DNA of 61,046 nt, filler included. It is 3 parts of 3 records of this genome, joined end to end, with 100 filler letters (N's around TTAATTAATTAA, not from the genome) between each part and the next. Parts side by side here need not be neighbours in the genome. Positions count along the whole stretch, not along the records: positions 50,174 to 61,046 come from DRR723986_9360; 2 more parts are not named here. One strand, 5' to 3'. The notes beneath the pieces were generated by a model. The model ran no database searches. It was given only the letters and a program-made list of their open reading frames with translations, and had not been told where the DNA came from. This document shows, in pieces, positions 60,566 to 61,046 of this stretch; position 1 is the first letter of the stretch, and the number at the start of each line of letters is the position of its first letter. The translations under genes and the position numbers were made by a program.

Positions 60566-61046
60566 TTAGCCGAAGCGGCCCGTAATATAGTCCTGCGTAC
60601 GCTTGTCCTTCGGATTGGTAAAGATGTCCTCCGTCAGACCTTCTTCAACCAAAATACCCAGGTGGAAGAACGCGGTACGCTGAGACACACGGGCAGCCTG
60701 CTGCATCGAGTGGGTCACGATCACGATGGTGAAGTTTTCCCGCAGTTCGTCGATCAGCTCTTCCACCTTCGCGGTCGCGATGGGGTCGAGCGCCGAGCAC
60801 GGTTCGTCCATCAGGATCACTTCCGGGCTGACGGCAATGGCACGGGCAATGCACAGACGCTGCTGCTGACCGCCCGACATGCCGGTGCCCGGCTCGTCCA
60901 GACGGTTCTTGACTTCTTCCCAAAGCCCGGCCTTCTGCAGGCTGGAGGCAACGATTTCATCAAGCTCGGACTTGTTGCGGGCCAGACCATGGATCCGCGG
61001 ACCGTAGGCAATGTTGTCGTAGATCGACTTGGGAAACGGGTTCGGC
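60566..61046 (-). CDS. pstB: Phosphate ABC transporter ATP-binding protein PstB, 5'-truncated
   Basis: Frame open to the window end ([20 protein letters not shown]); [33 protein letters not shown]. Confidence 0.95.
   Translation of the reverse strand, partial: PNPFPKSIYDNIAYGPRIHGLARNKSELDEIVASSLQKAGLWEEVKNRLDEPGTGMSGGQQQRLCIARAIAVSPEVILMDEPCSALDPIATAKVEELIDELRENFTIVIVTHSMQQAARVSQRTAFFHLGILVEEGLTEDIFTNPKDKRTQDYITGRFG

Noticed and set aside
32186..61011. Many overlapping or antisense ORFs in the two GC-rich contigs
   Set aside because: Shadow ORFs expected at high GC; each overlaps a well-supported gene and lacks motifs.
54631..61046. hslO-argF-argD / gcrA / phoB-phoU-pstB as a novel system
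   Set aside because: Conserved housekeeping synteny in Hyphomicrobiales.

Overview
The window is not one locus. It is three unrelated contigs joined by two artificial 100-bp spacers (44 N + TTAATTAATTAA + 44 N) at 31629-31728 and 50074-50173. Contig A (1-31628) is AT-rich and has Bacteroidota TAnnTTTG promoters, so it is probably a marine Flavobacteriaceae. It carries the 3' part of an alternative complex III operon (actC-actD-actE-actF) running into aa3-type oxidase ctaC-ctaD. Then come ruvB, a di-heme CcP/MauG-family lipoprotein, queG, a frameshifted DUF5686-type outer-membrane gene, maeB, ruvA-sprA (T9SS translocon), gcvH, vanZ, two tonB genes, a RemB-like gene, an MBL-fold hydrolase, ctaB and two coxIII genes. 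Contig B (31729-50073) is GC-richer and Roseobacter-like. It holds a TmoX-like quaternary-amine ABC transporter behind a BetI-type operator, an NnrU-family gene, DUF2478, several small enzymes, lolE-lolD-Ldh, proS, a 2OG-Fe(II) oxygenase, an SLC13 permease and an AI-2E transporter. Contig C (50174-61046) is GC-rich and Hyphomicrobiales/Roseibium-like. It holds a bacterial voltage-gated Na+ channel, tRNA-Gly(CCC), DUF1127/Lrp, an orphan SBP, a sterol-desaturase-family gene, hslO-argF-argD, gcrA with CtrA boxes, and pstB-phoU-phoB. I see no CRISPR array, transposase, integrase, prophage or defence system. Most content is housekeeping. The most unusual signals are a helix-hairpin-helix domain fused to ActC, a 25-aa-period Asp-rich Ca-binding-like repeat inserted into SprA, three consecutive TonB-C-domain genes beside sprA, a MauG-like orphan di-heme enzyme, and a TmoX-like transporter with a BetI-type operator. 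Taxonomy and family calls come from motif recognition, not database searches.
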